Shown here in pieces: positions 1 to 8,522 of a stretch of 64,000 nucleotides of DNA. Each line of letters begins with the position of its first letter. The first letter of the stretch is position 1. The stretch is from an uncultured candidatus Brocadiaceae bacterium (GTDB lineage: Bacteria > Planctomycetota > UBA1135 > UBA2386): positions 390 through 64,389 of the forward strand of contig CAZIVO010000001.1 of assembly GCA_964542765.1 (NCBI GenBank), written 5' to 3'. Below the pieces are notes generated by a model that saw only the letters and a program-made list of their open reading frames with translations, ran no database searches and was not told where the DNA came from. Both the position numbers and the translations under genes were made by a program.

Positions 1-575
1 AGGGGGCAGTTACGGCGTTGAATGGCGACGACGGCATGCTTTCGCCGGTCGACCCGGCCGACATGGTGGTTTCGGCGATGCCCTGGCATGCGCTCGCGAA
101 GGCCTTGCCGGGGAGGGCGTTTGCGATGGGCTTCGAAGGCCGTCCGATCGTGAATGTTCATCTGGAAGAAATCGCGGGGCTTCCCGATGAAGGCGCGCTG
201 GTCGCGCTGGTTGGCGGGCGGCCCTTCCAGTTCCTCTACCGCCCCCCCGAAGGCCCGCGAGGCCGCGTGACCTTGATCGCCGGAGATGCGCGGAGCCTCG
301 AAGGTTGTGGCGTCGATGAAGTGCTTCAGCGGGGCCGCGAGCAGATTGCCGCATACTTCCCGGGCAGCCAACCGGGTAGCGGGGGTGCCGCGAGGGTGAC
401 CAAGGAGCCCCTGGCGACCCTTCTCACCGACCCTGAGGGTCTCTCCCGCCGCCCTTGCCCCGGGAAGGTACCAGGAGTTTCCAACCTGAGGATCTGCGGA
501 GACTGGACGCAGACGGGCCTGCCTTCGACGCTCGAGGGTGCTGCCGAATCAGCTTCCTTGGCTTTGGCCGATTGA
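1..575 (+). CDS. FAD-dependent oxidoreductase, amine-oxidase/phytoene-desaturase/HpnE family; C-terminal fragment, 5' end lies outside the window
   Basis: The frame of ORF 18..575 stays open back to the window edge, with stop TGA at 573-575. The tail [30 protein letters not shown] matches the C-terminal GDW..TG.P.T.EGA FAD-binding signature of this family. Confidence 0.6.
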   Translation, partial: GAVTALNGDDGMLSPVDPADMVVSAMPWHALAKALPGRAFAMGFEGRPIVNVHLEEIAGLPDEGALVALVGGRPFQFLYRPPEGPRGRVTLIAGDARSLEGCGVDEVLQRGREQIAAYFPGSQPGSGGAARVTKEPLATLLTDPEGLSRRPCPGKVPGVSNLRICGDWTQTGLPSTLEGAAESASLALAD

Positions 576-580
576 CGAGC

Positions 581-609
581 TTGGACTACATGTTGGCTTG
601 CCCTATACC
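581..609 (+). promoter_or_regulatory. candidate sigma70-type promoter (TTGGAC-N17-TATACC) upstream of the selenoperoxiredoxin gene
   Basis: TTGGAC at 581-586, a 17-nt spacer, then TATACC at 604-609, about 75 nt upstream of ATG 683. Hexamer match only. Confidence 0.3.
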
Positions 610-682
610 AACCGTCACGCCGCGCGCTCGGTGCGTGCGGGGCACCATTTCACACGACAAGAAAAACGACAAAAGAGGTTCC

Positions 683-1282
683 ATGGCAGTACTCGCCAAC
701 CGACCAGCTCCCGACTTCACCGTGCAAGCGGTGATGGAGGATGGGTCGACCCAGGAGGTATCGCTGTCCAGCTACAAGGGCAGCCATGTCGTCCTGTTCT
801 TCTATCCCAAAGATTTCACCTTCGTTTGACCATCCGAGTTGATCGCCTTTGACCACCGTATCGGTGAGTTCAAAGAGCGTGGCGTCCAGGTCTTGGGCGT
901 CTCCATCGACGACGCGGAGTCTCATGCAAAATGGCGTGAGACAGCCATCAACGAGGGCGGCATCGGGCCGGTCCAGTATCCACTACTTTGCGATCCGGAC
1001 CGCAGCATGACCAATGCTTACGATCTGCTGCACGAGGAGAGCACCTTCTCGCTGCGCGGCACCTTCCTGATCGACAAGGATGGAGTGGTGCAGAGCCAGG
1101 TCGTCAACAACCTGCCGCTGGGTCGAGATATTGACGAGACCCTGCGGATGGTCGATGCACTTCAGTTCCTCGAGACCGAAGGCCAGGTTTGTCCAGCCGG
1201 TTGGTCGAAGGGCAAGCCGGGCATGACTCCCAGTGAAGAGGGGGTCAAGGCTTACCTGGCGGACAACGCCGACAGCCTTTAG
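683..1282 (+). CDS. typical 2-Cys peroxiredoxin (AhpC/Prx1 family) with in-frame UGA at 827-829 at the peroxidatic-Cys position; predicted selenocysteine-containing enzyme
   Basis: ATG 683 is preceded by AAAAGAGG. ORFs 455..829 and 839..1282 share one frame and are separated only by TGA 827-829. Read-through gives [19 protein letters not shown] (family motif FYPLDFTFVCPTE). The resolving-Cys motif EGQVCPAGW is present, and the joined length of 199 aa is normal for the family. Confidence 0.85.
844..879 (+). promoter_or_regulatory. candidate bacterial SECIS hairpin downstream of UGA 827-829
   Basis: Hand-folded imperfect hairpin. The core is CACCG/CGGUG (854-858/862-866) with a UAU loop (GUAUC if the closing pair opens). 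It extends to 844/879 with three single-nucleotide 3' bulges and starts 15 nt after the UGA. Confidence 0.5.
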
Positions 1283-1337
1283 ATCCGAGGCATTTGTCTT
1301 TGCGGGCGCAGCGCTGATGTCGGCGCGGCGCCCGTTC

Positions 1338-3017
1338 TCATTCCACATGGATATGCCGTCCGCCGTTTGCCTTGGCGAGACGAGCGAGAAACTCGGTGGC
1401 GTTCTTGTCGCCAAAGGTGACCGTGTGGATGTTCAGTTTGCGCAGGCGGTTCGCCTCGGTCACGCGGTGGATGATCTCGTCCTTGTCGATGACCTTGCCC
1501 CAGCTCGGAGCGCCGTCGCTGAGCACGTAAACGGTGTCGAAAGCCAGTCCGTAGTACTTGTCGTAGAGTCCGCGACCGGCGAAGTTCAAGATGCGGTCCA
1601 GGGCTCCGTAGAGATTGGTGGCGCCAGCGGGCTGCAAGCTATCGAAGTAGCTGCCCAGGAGATCGTCCCGGGAAGTGTCGTCGAGCTTGACCAACTCGAG
1701 TTGACCGTCGCGCTGTTCGCGCCAGACGCTGACTTCTTCGCTGAAGACAACAAGGTTGAACATCGTGCCATCGGGGAGCCCCATCACGATCTTTTTCAAT
1801 TCTTCGACCACCAGCTTTGCCTTGGTGGTTGTCGCGCCGGGCGAGGCCGATGTGGTTTTGGATTTCAGGGTGACCGGTTCGGCCATCGAACCCGAGAAAT
1901 CGAGAACGAAGACAACGCGGTCGGACTCGATGTCGATCGAGAAGAACTTCTGGTACCGGGTTGCTGACGCGCTCTCCTTGGCGAGCTTGGCATCACCTGT
2001 GTAGCGGAAGGATGCTCCCTCCTTGCGCCAGAAGGCTTCCCAGAGGCGGGCGTTGCCCGGTAGGATTTTTTGGCCGGTCAGGCCTTCGAGCAGGCGATGG
2101 ATCCGCATGTCCAGTGCCCAGGGGTCCTTCTTCTTGCTGGTTTCTGCCTTGAGGCCGGCGATCAGAACCGGGATCACATGCTTGCTTCGCAGCTTGGCGA
2201 GGTTTTCGGCCGCCGCCGCTCGAACTTGCCAGACCCGGTCGCGCAGCAGGAGAGGTTTCACCCGGCTGATCACATGATCGCGCAACTTGGCATGCTCGGC
2301 GGTGATCGTTTCGATCTCGGTTTCGTCGGTCAGTGGCGCCAGAGATTTGCCCAGAGCATTGAGGGCGGCGATGCGAACATTGGGTTCGCTGTCGCGCAAG
2401 AGCCCGATGAAGTGAGGGATCGTCTCCTGCGTTGCGATGACGCTGAGAGAGTTGACGGCCCTGACCCGTTCCTGGGGAGGCAAGCTCTGCGTGGCTTTCA
2501 GCAGTGCGAGGATACCGGGAACACTGTCCCTGAGTGCGAGGATGCGCATGGCGGCAGCACGCGGCAGCGCGGTCTTTTCGGCTTCGGCCCCGCGCGCCGA
2601 CAGTTGCAACTGCAAGGCGAGCCATCGGTCGAGGCCGCGGACCTCCATGGCAGCGATGTGTTTGCGCGCGAGCGACCGGACCTTCCATGGCTGGAGTTCG
2701 CGTTCCAGGGAAACCCGATCCGTGGATACCGGCTTTGTTCCGAGGCTTGGCTGCACGCAAGCGACCGTGAAGAGACGCTTGGCGCTTGCCAGGGTGTTCC
2801 ATCGCGCCATCGAGCCGAGGATCATGTCGACCTGAGTGATGGCGGCGCGGTCCTCGACACCTCCTCGCATGATGCGAAAGGCACCTTGTCGATACTGCGC
2901 CAGCCACTTCTCGAAGGCCTCGACATCGGCGCCGAAGCTCGAGGGGCCGTCGTCGGTTGGTTTCTGGGCTGCCGCCAGGGTCGCCAAGCCCGAAAGGATC
3001 ACCGCAGCCAATCGCAT
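1338..3017 (-). CDS. secreted HEAT-repeat / von Willebrand factor A (vWA) domain protein
   Basis: Signal-like N-terminus MRLAAVILSGLATLAAAQ (ATG 3017; the ORF is open to 3077). HEAT-like repeats are present (SEPNVRIAALNALGK, VWQVRAAAAENLAKL). The vWA MIDAS motif VVFVLDFSGSM lies in the C-terminal half. Confidence 0.75.
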   Translation of the reverse strand: MRLAAVILSGLATLAAAQKPTDDGPSSFGADVEAFEKWLAQYRQGAFRIMRGGVEDRAAITQVDMILGSMARWNTLASAKRLFTVACVQPSLGTKPVSTDRVSLERELQPWKVRSLARKHIAAMEVRGLDRWLALQLQLSARGAEAEKTALPRAAAMRILALRDSVPGILALLKATQSLPPQERVRAVNSLSVIATQETIPHFIGLLRDSEPNVRIAALNALGKSLAPLTDETEIETITAEHAKLRDHVISRVKPLLLRDRVWQVRAAAAENLAKLRSKHVIPVLIAGLKAETSKKKDPWALDMRIHRLLEGLTGQKILPGNARLWEAFWRKEGASFRYTGDAKLAKESASATRYQKFFSIDIESDRVVFVLDFSGSMAEPVTLKSKTTSASPGATTTKAKLVVEELKKIVMGLPDGTMFNLVVFSEEVSVWREQRDGQLELVKLDDTSRDDLLGSYFDSLQPAGATNLYGALDRILNFAGRGLYDKYYGLAFDTVYVLSDGAPSWGKVIDKDEIIHRVTEANRLRKLNIHTVTFGDKNATEFLARLAKANGGRHIHVE

Positions 3018-3102
3018 GCCCCGTACATAGCTTCCCGAGGCTTGGTCAGGAAGCCCCGTTGGCGTTTGGGGGGGCAATTCTGCTCGCCTTGACGACCCGT
3101 GG

Positions 3103-4263
3103 TCAGCCGACTTTTGCGAGCGCTGCGTCCAGGTCGGCGATCAGGTCCTCGACGGCCTCTATGCCGACCGAGAGCCGCAGAAGGCCGTCGCTGATCCCCA
3201 TGCGCTGCCGCTCCTCGGCTGACATCCCCGCATGGGACAGCCTCGCCGGGATGCAGATCAGGGATTCGATGCCGCCCAGGCTCGGCCCCGCGATGGGCAG
3301 GCGCAGCGCTCCGATCAACTCGAGCGCCGCAGTCGCGTCGCCGGTGAGTTCGAAGGAGACGACGCCACCGAATCCGCTGAAGAGCCGGCGTGCCAGATCA
3401 TGCTGCGGGTGTTCAGGGAGGCCGGGGTAATGGACCTTCGAGACCGAGGCCTGACTTTCGAGGTGGCGAGCGATGTTTCCGGCACTCTCGTTCTGCCGCT
3501 GCACGCGCAGGCTCAGCGTTTTGAGTCCTCGGTGCATGAGGAAACATGCGTGTGGATCAAGGCATCCACCGAGGTGGTTAAGGCGATGTGTGACTTTTGT
3601 AACCAGATCATGCTTGCCGATGATCGCGCCGGCGGTGAGGTCGGTGTGCCCGTTGAGATACTTGGTGGCGCTGTGGAGCACGAGGTCATAGCCGATCTCG
3701 CAGGGGCGGAAATTGATCGGGGTCGCAAAGGTGCTATCGATCATCGAGACCAGACCGTGCTCTTGTGCGAAGCTCACGACAGCTCGGTGATCGATGATCT
3801 GGAGAAGTGGATTGCTGATGGCCTCGACGAGGATGACTTTTGTTTGCGGCTTCAGCTGGCTGCGCCAGGAATCCGGGTCGGCGCTGTCGATGACGTCGTG
3901 ATGGATGTCGAACGAAGCCAGTTCCTCGGTAAGCAGGTTGTGTGTTCCGCCGTAGAGACAATCTTGGACGAGAAGGTGATCGCCGCTACGCAGTACCGCG
4001 AACAGGCTTGCCGAGATGGCGGCCATGCCGCTGGCTGCCACGGCCGCGGTTTCTCCTCCCTCCAGCGAGGCGAGCTTCTTGTTGAGAACCTCATGGTTGG
4101 GCAGGTTGTTGAGGCGGGGATAGGGGATCGCATGGTAGTCCTCGCCGCCGGTGTGCTCGAAAACCGTCGACTGGAAGATGGGCACGATGGCGGCGCCGCC
4201 GATGCGCGGATCGGGCTCCCCGGCGTGGATCAGGCGGGTGTCGATGTGGTGCTTGTCGGACAT
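3103..4263 (-). CDS. PLP-dependent Cys/Met-metabolism enzyme (cystathionine gamma-synthase / beta-lyase / methionine gamma-lyase family)
   Basis: 386 aa with family-typical features: N-terminus TRLIHAG, the SATKYLNGHTD PLP-lysine motif, and C-terminal LRLSVGIE. Confidence 0.85.
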   Translation of the reverse strand: MSDKHHIDTRLIHAGEPDPRIGGAAIVPIFQSTVFEHTGGEDYHAIPYPRLNNLPNHEVLNKKLASLEGGETAAVAASGMAAISASLFAVLRSGDHLLVQDCLYGGTHNLLTEELASFDIHHDVIDSADPDSWRSQLKPQTKVILVEAISNPLLQIIDHRAVVSFAQEHGLVSMIDSTFATPINFRPCEIGYDLVLHSATKYLNGHTDLTAGAIIGKHDLVTKVTHRLNHLGGCLDPHACFLMHRGLKTLSLRVQRQNESAGNIARHLESQASVSKVHYPGLPEHPQHDLARRLFSGFGGVVSFELTGDATAALELIGALRLPIAGPSLGGIESLICIPARLSHAGMSAEERQRMGISDGLLRLSVGIEAVEDLIADLDAALAKVG

Positions 4264-4475
4264 GTGATCGATAGAAGCAGAGGGAGTCTCTTTGAACAGC
4301 CCCTCTCGGTGGCGCGCCAGACTTTCTTTCTCCGTTCAGGCTTCCTCATCGGCAGGGTTGCATGCTGCCTCGAATGGCCTTGTGGGCGGGCTGGAACTCC
4401 GAGAGCTTCGGAATTCCTTCGGTCTTGGCGTATTGATTCCATCTGGAGTCTCGAGTTGTCGAAAGAAGGGAGACG

Positions 4476-5249
4476 ATGAACACGAAGCCAGGGCGACACC
4501 GGGAGAGCTTGCTGGAGCGGATCGACGTCGCTCTGGCGGCGCGGATCGCGTTGCTGGCCGAAGGGGTAGATCTCGCTCATCCTCAGGCTCTGGAAGGGGA
4601 TCCGGACATGTTCTCCAGTGGTTTCGTGTCCCGGTGGATCGCCGGCATTCTTGCCGCACAGGGGGTCGAGGTGTCCGTGGATGATGTTGCTGGCGTGCTG
4701 CGCGGAGAATCTTCTCCATTGTCGCCACAATCGGAGGAGTTCCTCCTGGTGACAGGCATGAACCGCGTTCTCGGGGCTATTCGCGATCGCGCAGGTGACG
4801 GGTTGCCCCCCGACGGGCTCTTTTTGACGGAGCAGTTCAGCACCCTCACAGCGGGCATTTCCCGGTTCGAGGGCCATGCGTTGCGCCAGGACACGCCGTG
4901 GGATGCGATCCCTTGCATCCCCTATCCGGAGGCGGCTGACCTCCCCAGTCTGTTCAAGGTCTTCTCCGCGAACTTCAGCTACGGAGACTCCCCGGCCTTG
5001 TTCGAAAGTCTCCACCCGGTGAGGCGCTCTTTCCGGGCTTTCTGGCAGCTGGCGCGCCTGGCGCCCTTCCCCGACCTCAATCTGGCCATGTCCCTGGTCG
5101 CCATGAACGCTTACTTGCTCACGCATGGTTACCCGCTCGTTTCGCCGGGATCTGCCGATTCCGAGCTGTTGCGCCGGGTAGTAGCCGCAGAGCCTCCTTG
5201 CGAGATTCGTGCGCTCGAGCGCCGGTTGCTTTCGAGGGCTGCCGGGTAG
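4476..5249 (+). CDS. Fic/DOC-fold-like protein with degenerate active-site motif (predicted non-catalytic)
   Basis: RBS AAGGGAGACG precedes the ATG. The segment LAPFPDLNLAMSLVAMNAYLLTHGYP aligns with the Fic motif HPFxDGNGRxxRLLxNxxLxxxGxP but keeps only P, F, D and N. Confidence 0.5.
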   Translation: MNTKPGRHRESLLERIDVALAARIALLAEGVDLAHPQALEGDPDMFSSGFVSRWIAGILAAQGVEVSVDDVAGVLRGESSPLSPQSEEFLLVTGMNRVLGAIRDRAGDGLPPDGLFLTEQFSTLTAGISRFEGHALRQDTPWDAIPCIPYPEAADLPSLFKVFSANFSYGDSPALFESLHPVRRSFRAFWQLARLAPFPDLNLAMSLVAMNAYLLTHGYPLVSPGSADSELLRRVVAAEPPCEIRALERRLLSRAAG

Positions 5250-5451
5250 GCGGGAGGTCTTCGGGCTTCCGCGGAGGTTAATTCAGGCACTCCGCTGCCG
5301 GGCCCGGGGTGGCATCTGTTGGGAAATGCGACGATCTCGCCGAAAAATCCGAAAACTGACCAACAGGTAGACAGTGGGATCTGCCGAAAGCCCCCTTGGT
5401 AAGGCAGCGGTGTCTGTTTGAGACATCGCACGAGGCAAGAAGGGTCGGCAA

Positions 5452-6870
5452 ATGAACAATCTCCACTATCCCGGATTCCCCTCCATCTTGGTCGTCGATG
5501 ACGAAGAGTGCATGCGCGAGCGGCTGAGTTCCCTCTTTCAAGCAGAAGGCTTGGCTGTCGGGGCTGTCGGGTCGATCGAAGAAGCGTGCAGTCGACAGCG
5601 TTGCTCTCCAGCTGACGTGATTCTCCTCGACAGCAATATTGGCGGAGTCGACGGACTCGCCGCTGTTTCAAGCCTGCGCGGCGGTGGCTTTCCATCGGCC
5701 ATCGTCATGATGGTCGGGTATGGCGTCACCGTCGACGCTCTCAAGGTGATGCGGAGTGGGGTTTGCGATCTGGTGGAGAAGCCCTTCACCGACGACCGGG
5801 TTCTGGCGGTGGTGTGTCATTGCCTGGAAAGCCGTCAGCAAAAGATGCAGCTGGCACAGCTCGAGACCCGGGTCCGGGAATTGACGGCGACGGAGATTTT
5901 CGGTCTTTCGCCAGCGATCCAGGACGTTCGCACGCAGGTTGTTCAGGCTGCTCAAGCTCCGGACACGGCTGCGCTCATCGTGGGCGGCGCGGGATCCGGG
6001 AAGGAGCTGGTCGCACGATGCATTCACGAGCGCAGCACGCGGCGCCACGGGCCTTTTGCGGTCATCAATTGCGCGAGGCTGACAGAGAGTTCATTTGAAG
6101 AGGATCTGTTCGGTCATGAGCCGGGCGCCCTGATGAGCGTCGACCGAGAAGGCGGAGACGGCAGGCTTGTTTTGGCTGCGGGGGGAACCCTGTATTTCGA
6201 CGAGATCAGCGCTCTGACCAGGTCGATGCAGGCCAAGTTGTTACGCGTCCTGCAGTCACGCATGTTCCGCAAGGTTGGTGGTGCGCAGGATCTCATCGCC
6301 GATGTTCGCGTGATTGCGAGCACCTCGAAGGATCTCCGATCCGAGGTCGAGCGAGAGGCTTTCCGTGAAGATCTGTTCTACCGCCTCAATGTCATGTCGA
6401 TCGAGGTTCCATCCTTGTTGGCGCGGCCCGAAGACATTCCTCTCCTCTCCCATTTTTTCCTGGATCACTTTGCTCAGCAGACCGGCAAGTCTCTGACCGG
6501 GTTCACCGAAGAGGCGATGGAGATCCTGACCGAACATTCCTGGCCTGCGAATGTTCGCGAACTCAAGAATACGATCGAACGCGCCGTGACCGTTTGCCAT
6601 GGCGGAATGATCGAGGCTGGTCATTTGCCGCCGCTTGCCGGAGATGACAAGGATCTCATCGCCCGGCCGGTCATCTCGCTCGAGTCGACCGATCGGACCT
6701 TGCGCGGTGTCGAGGGCAAGCTGGTTTCGCGAGTGCTGGGAGAGACCAGCTGGAACATCAGCAAGGCCGCTGCCCAGCTCGGGATCAATCGAACGACTCT
6801 CTACAACAAGATCAAGCTGCACGGCTTGGGCCGTCGCCCGTGCAAGACCGAGGGACTGACTCGGGTGTGA
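5452..6870 (+). CDS. NtrC-family response regulator (REC + AAA+ sigma54-interaction-type domain + Fis-type HTH), GAFTGA loop degenerate
   Basis: REC features: VVDDEE, LLD, EKPF. Walker A is GGAGSGKE. The motifs LYFDEI and REDLFYRLNV are present, and the C-terminal HTH is WNISKAAAQLGINRTTLYNKIK. The GAFTGA position reads GALMSV. Confidence 0.85.
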   Translation: MNNLHYPGFPSILVVDDEECMRERLSSLFQAEGLAVGAVGSIEEACSRQRCSPADVILLDSNIGGVDGLAAVSSLRGGGFPSAIVMMVGYGVTVDALKVMRSGVCDLVEKPFTDDRVLAVVCHCLESRQQKMQLAQLETRVRELTATEIFGLSPAIQDVRTQVVQAAQAPDTAALIVGGAGSGKELVARCIHERSTRRHGPFAVINCARLTESSFEEDLFGHEPGALMSVDREGGDGRLVLAAGGTLYFDEISALTRSMQAKLLRVLQSRMFRKVGGAQDLIADVRVIASTSKDLRSEVEREAFREDLFYRLNVMSIEVPSLLARPEDIPLLSHFFLDHFAQQTGKSLTGFTEEAMEILTEHSWPANVRELKNTIERAVTVCHGGMIEAGHLPPLAGDDKDLIARPVISLESTDRTLRGVEGKLVSRVLGETSWNISKAAAQLGINRTTLYNKIKLHGLGRRPCKTEGLTRV

Positions 6871-6942
6871 CGAGTCGTTTTCAGAGGGAGCCTCGATGAG
6901 GCTGGGGATCATGAACCACTACTTTTTCAGGGTTGGAATCAG

Positions 6943-7806
6943 ATGAAGCTTTTACTGGTCGACGACGAACCTGAGATCCGAGAAGGCTTCGCTTCTTTCT
7001 TGCGGCTCAGTGGGCATACGGTCTGCGTTGCGTCGAACTGCGCCGAGGGCGTGGCATTCGCGAGGGGCGAGGATTTTGATGCCGTGATCACGGACTGGGA
7101 TCTTGGTGACGGCAATGGCGCCGAGATCATCGCTGCGTGCACCTGCCCGGCGGTCATCATGAGTGGTAGCCCCGAAGAGGTCGCGGTGGAGAGCGACCGA
7201 GCCCGATTGCTGGTCAAGCCGGTATTGCCCGGAAAGCTTTTGGAGGTAGTCGATTCGTTGACGCGTGCGTTCAGCGACATGAACCCAAAGGAGTCGGCTT
7301 ACCCCGCGGACCTTCGTGACAGGGTTCGCATCGCTCAAGATATCGCCGGGTGTGGCGATGCCCACGTCCTCGATGATGGGTCCATGGTGACTCTGTACTT
7401 GCCGCTTGCAGCCGAGGACGAGTCCGTGATCTCTGACCTGGAACGACTCGGAGGCGATCTTCGCGTGCTGGGCCAAGATGGAGGATTGATGGTCGAGTTG
7501 AGGCTCTATCGCGATGGCCGTCCGGATGACCTGATGACCTGCGTAAAGTCGACCGATCCATTCCCTGGTGGCGACGATCCGGTCGCCGTGGACTTCGATG
7601 GCGTTGATGCCATGCATCCGCAGAGGTTCGCGTGCCTGGTCGACCGGGTGCGCGAGGAGCGCTCATGCGGTCGAGAGGTTTGGCTGCTGAATGTCCCGTC
7701 CGAACTACGTTTGTGGTTGGAAGTGTCTGGACGAAACAACGATGTCCTGAAGAGGCCCATACCAGGGCCTCGCATGCCGCAAGTGTTGCAGGATCTGTGG
7801 AGCTGA
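6943..7806 (+). CDS. response-regulator receiver protein with STAS-like C-terminal domain
   Basis: The N-terminus MKLLLVDDEPEIRE...ITDWDLGDGNG...VKP is a REC domain. The C-terminal VAVDFDGVDAMHP..CLVDRV...GREVWLLNVPSELRLWLEVSG follows the STAS/anti-sigma-antagonist pattern by eye. Confidence 0.65.
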   Translation: MKLLLVDDEPEIREGFASFLRLSGHTVCVASNCAEGVAFARGEDFDAVITDWDLGDGNGAEIIAACTCPAVIMSGSPEEVAVESDRARLLVKPVLPGKLLEVVDSLTRAFSDMNPKESAYPADLRDRVRIAQDIAGCGDAHVLDDGSMVTLYLPLAAEDESVISDLERLGGDLRVLGQDGGLMVELRLYRDGRPDDLMTCVKSTDPFPGGDDPVAVDFDGVDAMHPQRFACLVDRVREERSCGREVWLLNVPSELRLWLEVSGRNNDVLKRPIPGPRMPQVLQDLWS

Positions 7807-7809
7807 GCC

Positions 7810-8439
7810 ATGCCGACGAAGCCTGATGATAAAAGGAAGTCTGCCAACGGGGCTGATGAGGCCAAGGGCAAAGACCTCTTGCCCGAACTCATGGCCCGAT
7901 CGAACAAGCCTGTGCCGGCGCCGAATCCGGCACCTGCGCGGGTGAAGAAAATATCGAAGCCGTCTCAGACCCGGTCGTCGGGGTCTTTCCGCGAGAAGTT
8001 TTTGTGCGGCATGTTGTTGCTCCAGCTCGCCTTGGTCTCGTCGCTGGCCTGGTGGTCCCTGGTTTCGGGATCAAGCTTGCGCCCCGAACCGATGCTTGCT
8101 CTGAATGGTTTCGAAGATGCTGTCAGGGGTCGCTCTCCGGTCTCCAACGAAAATATTTCCAATGCGTCGCAGGACCCTGGAGCACCGAAGCTGGAAGAGC
8201 TTCGTGAGCGTGCGATTGGTCATGCCGCCAAGGGTGAGTTTGCGGCGGCGGCGGATGTGTCGAAGGAGTGCTTGCGGTTCAGCTTGACCATGACCCATGC
8301 CGAACTCCGGCTCGTGTACAAACAGATAGCCTATTATCTGGCCAGGGCTGGCCGACAAACCGAGGCCGAGGCATTTGCGAGCATGGCGGGCCCATCTTCT
8401 GATCCCTCGAGCATCGCCGTCCCGGGAACTCCTCGGTAA
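7810..8439 (+). CDS. hypothetical membrane protein (basic N-terminus, one TM segment, helical C-terminus)
   Basis: ATG lies 4 nt after the upstream stop, with GGAG upstream. A hydrophobic segment MLLLQLALVSSLAWWSLV is present. No recognisable family. Confidence 0.5.
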   Translation: MPTKPDDKRKSANGADEAKGKDLLPELMARSNKPVPAPNPAPARVKKISKPSQTRSSGSFREKFLCGMLLLQLALVSSLAWWSLVSGSSLRPEPMLALNGFEDAVRGRSPVSNENISNASQDPGAPKLEELRERAIGHAAKGEFAAAADVSKECLRFSLTMTHAELRLVYKQIAYYLARAGRQTEAEAFASMAGPSSDPSSIAVPGTPR

Positions 8440-8522
8440 CGAGGAGCAGGATCTCGAGTTACGGCCTGATCGGCAGGTCAAGATGGAACCAGCGCTCGCG
8501 CTTGCGGTAATCTTCCCCTGCC

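Noticed and set aside
455-1282. Reading the two peroxiredoxin pieces (455..829 and 839..1282) as separate small genes or as a nonsense-mutated pseudogene.
   Set aside because: The stop falls exactly on the catalytic Cys codon and both halves are otherwise intact. A hairpin follows at SECIS distance, and a second unrelated Prx at 25504..26043 shows the same feature. Selenocysteine recoding is the more economical explanation, though it still needs confirmation of the Sec machinery.
4264-4475. A possible SAM or other riboswitch in the 213-nt leader of the PLP transsulfuration gene.
   Set aside because: Only a short AGAGGG/CCCTCT hairpin was seen. I could not recognise the conserved cores of SAM-I, SAM-II or SAM-SAH elements by eye. 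A covariance-model scan is needed before any claim.
5310-5329. A sigma54-like TGGCAT element upstream of the NtrC-type regulator gene, and a second one at 55522-55537.
   Set aside because: The downstream GC dinucleotide is not at the strict GG-N10-GC spacing of -24/-12 promoters in either case.
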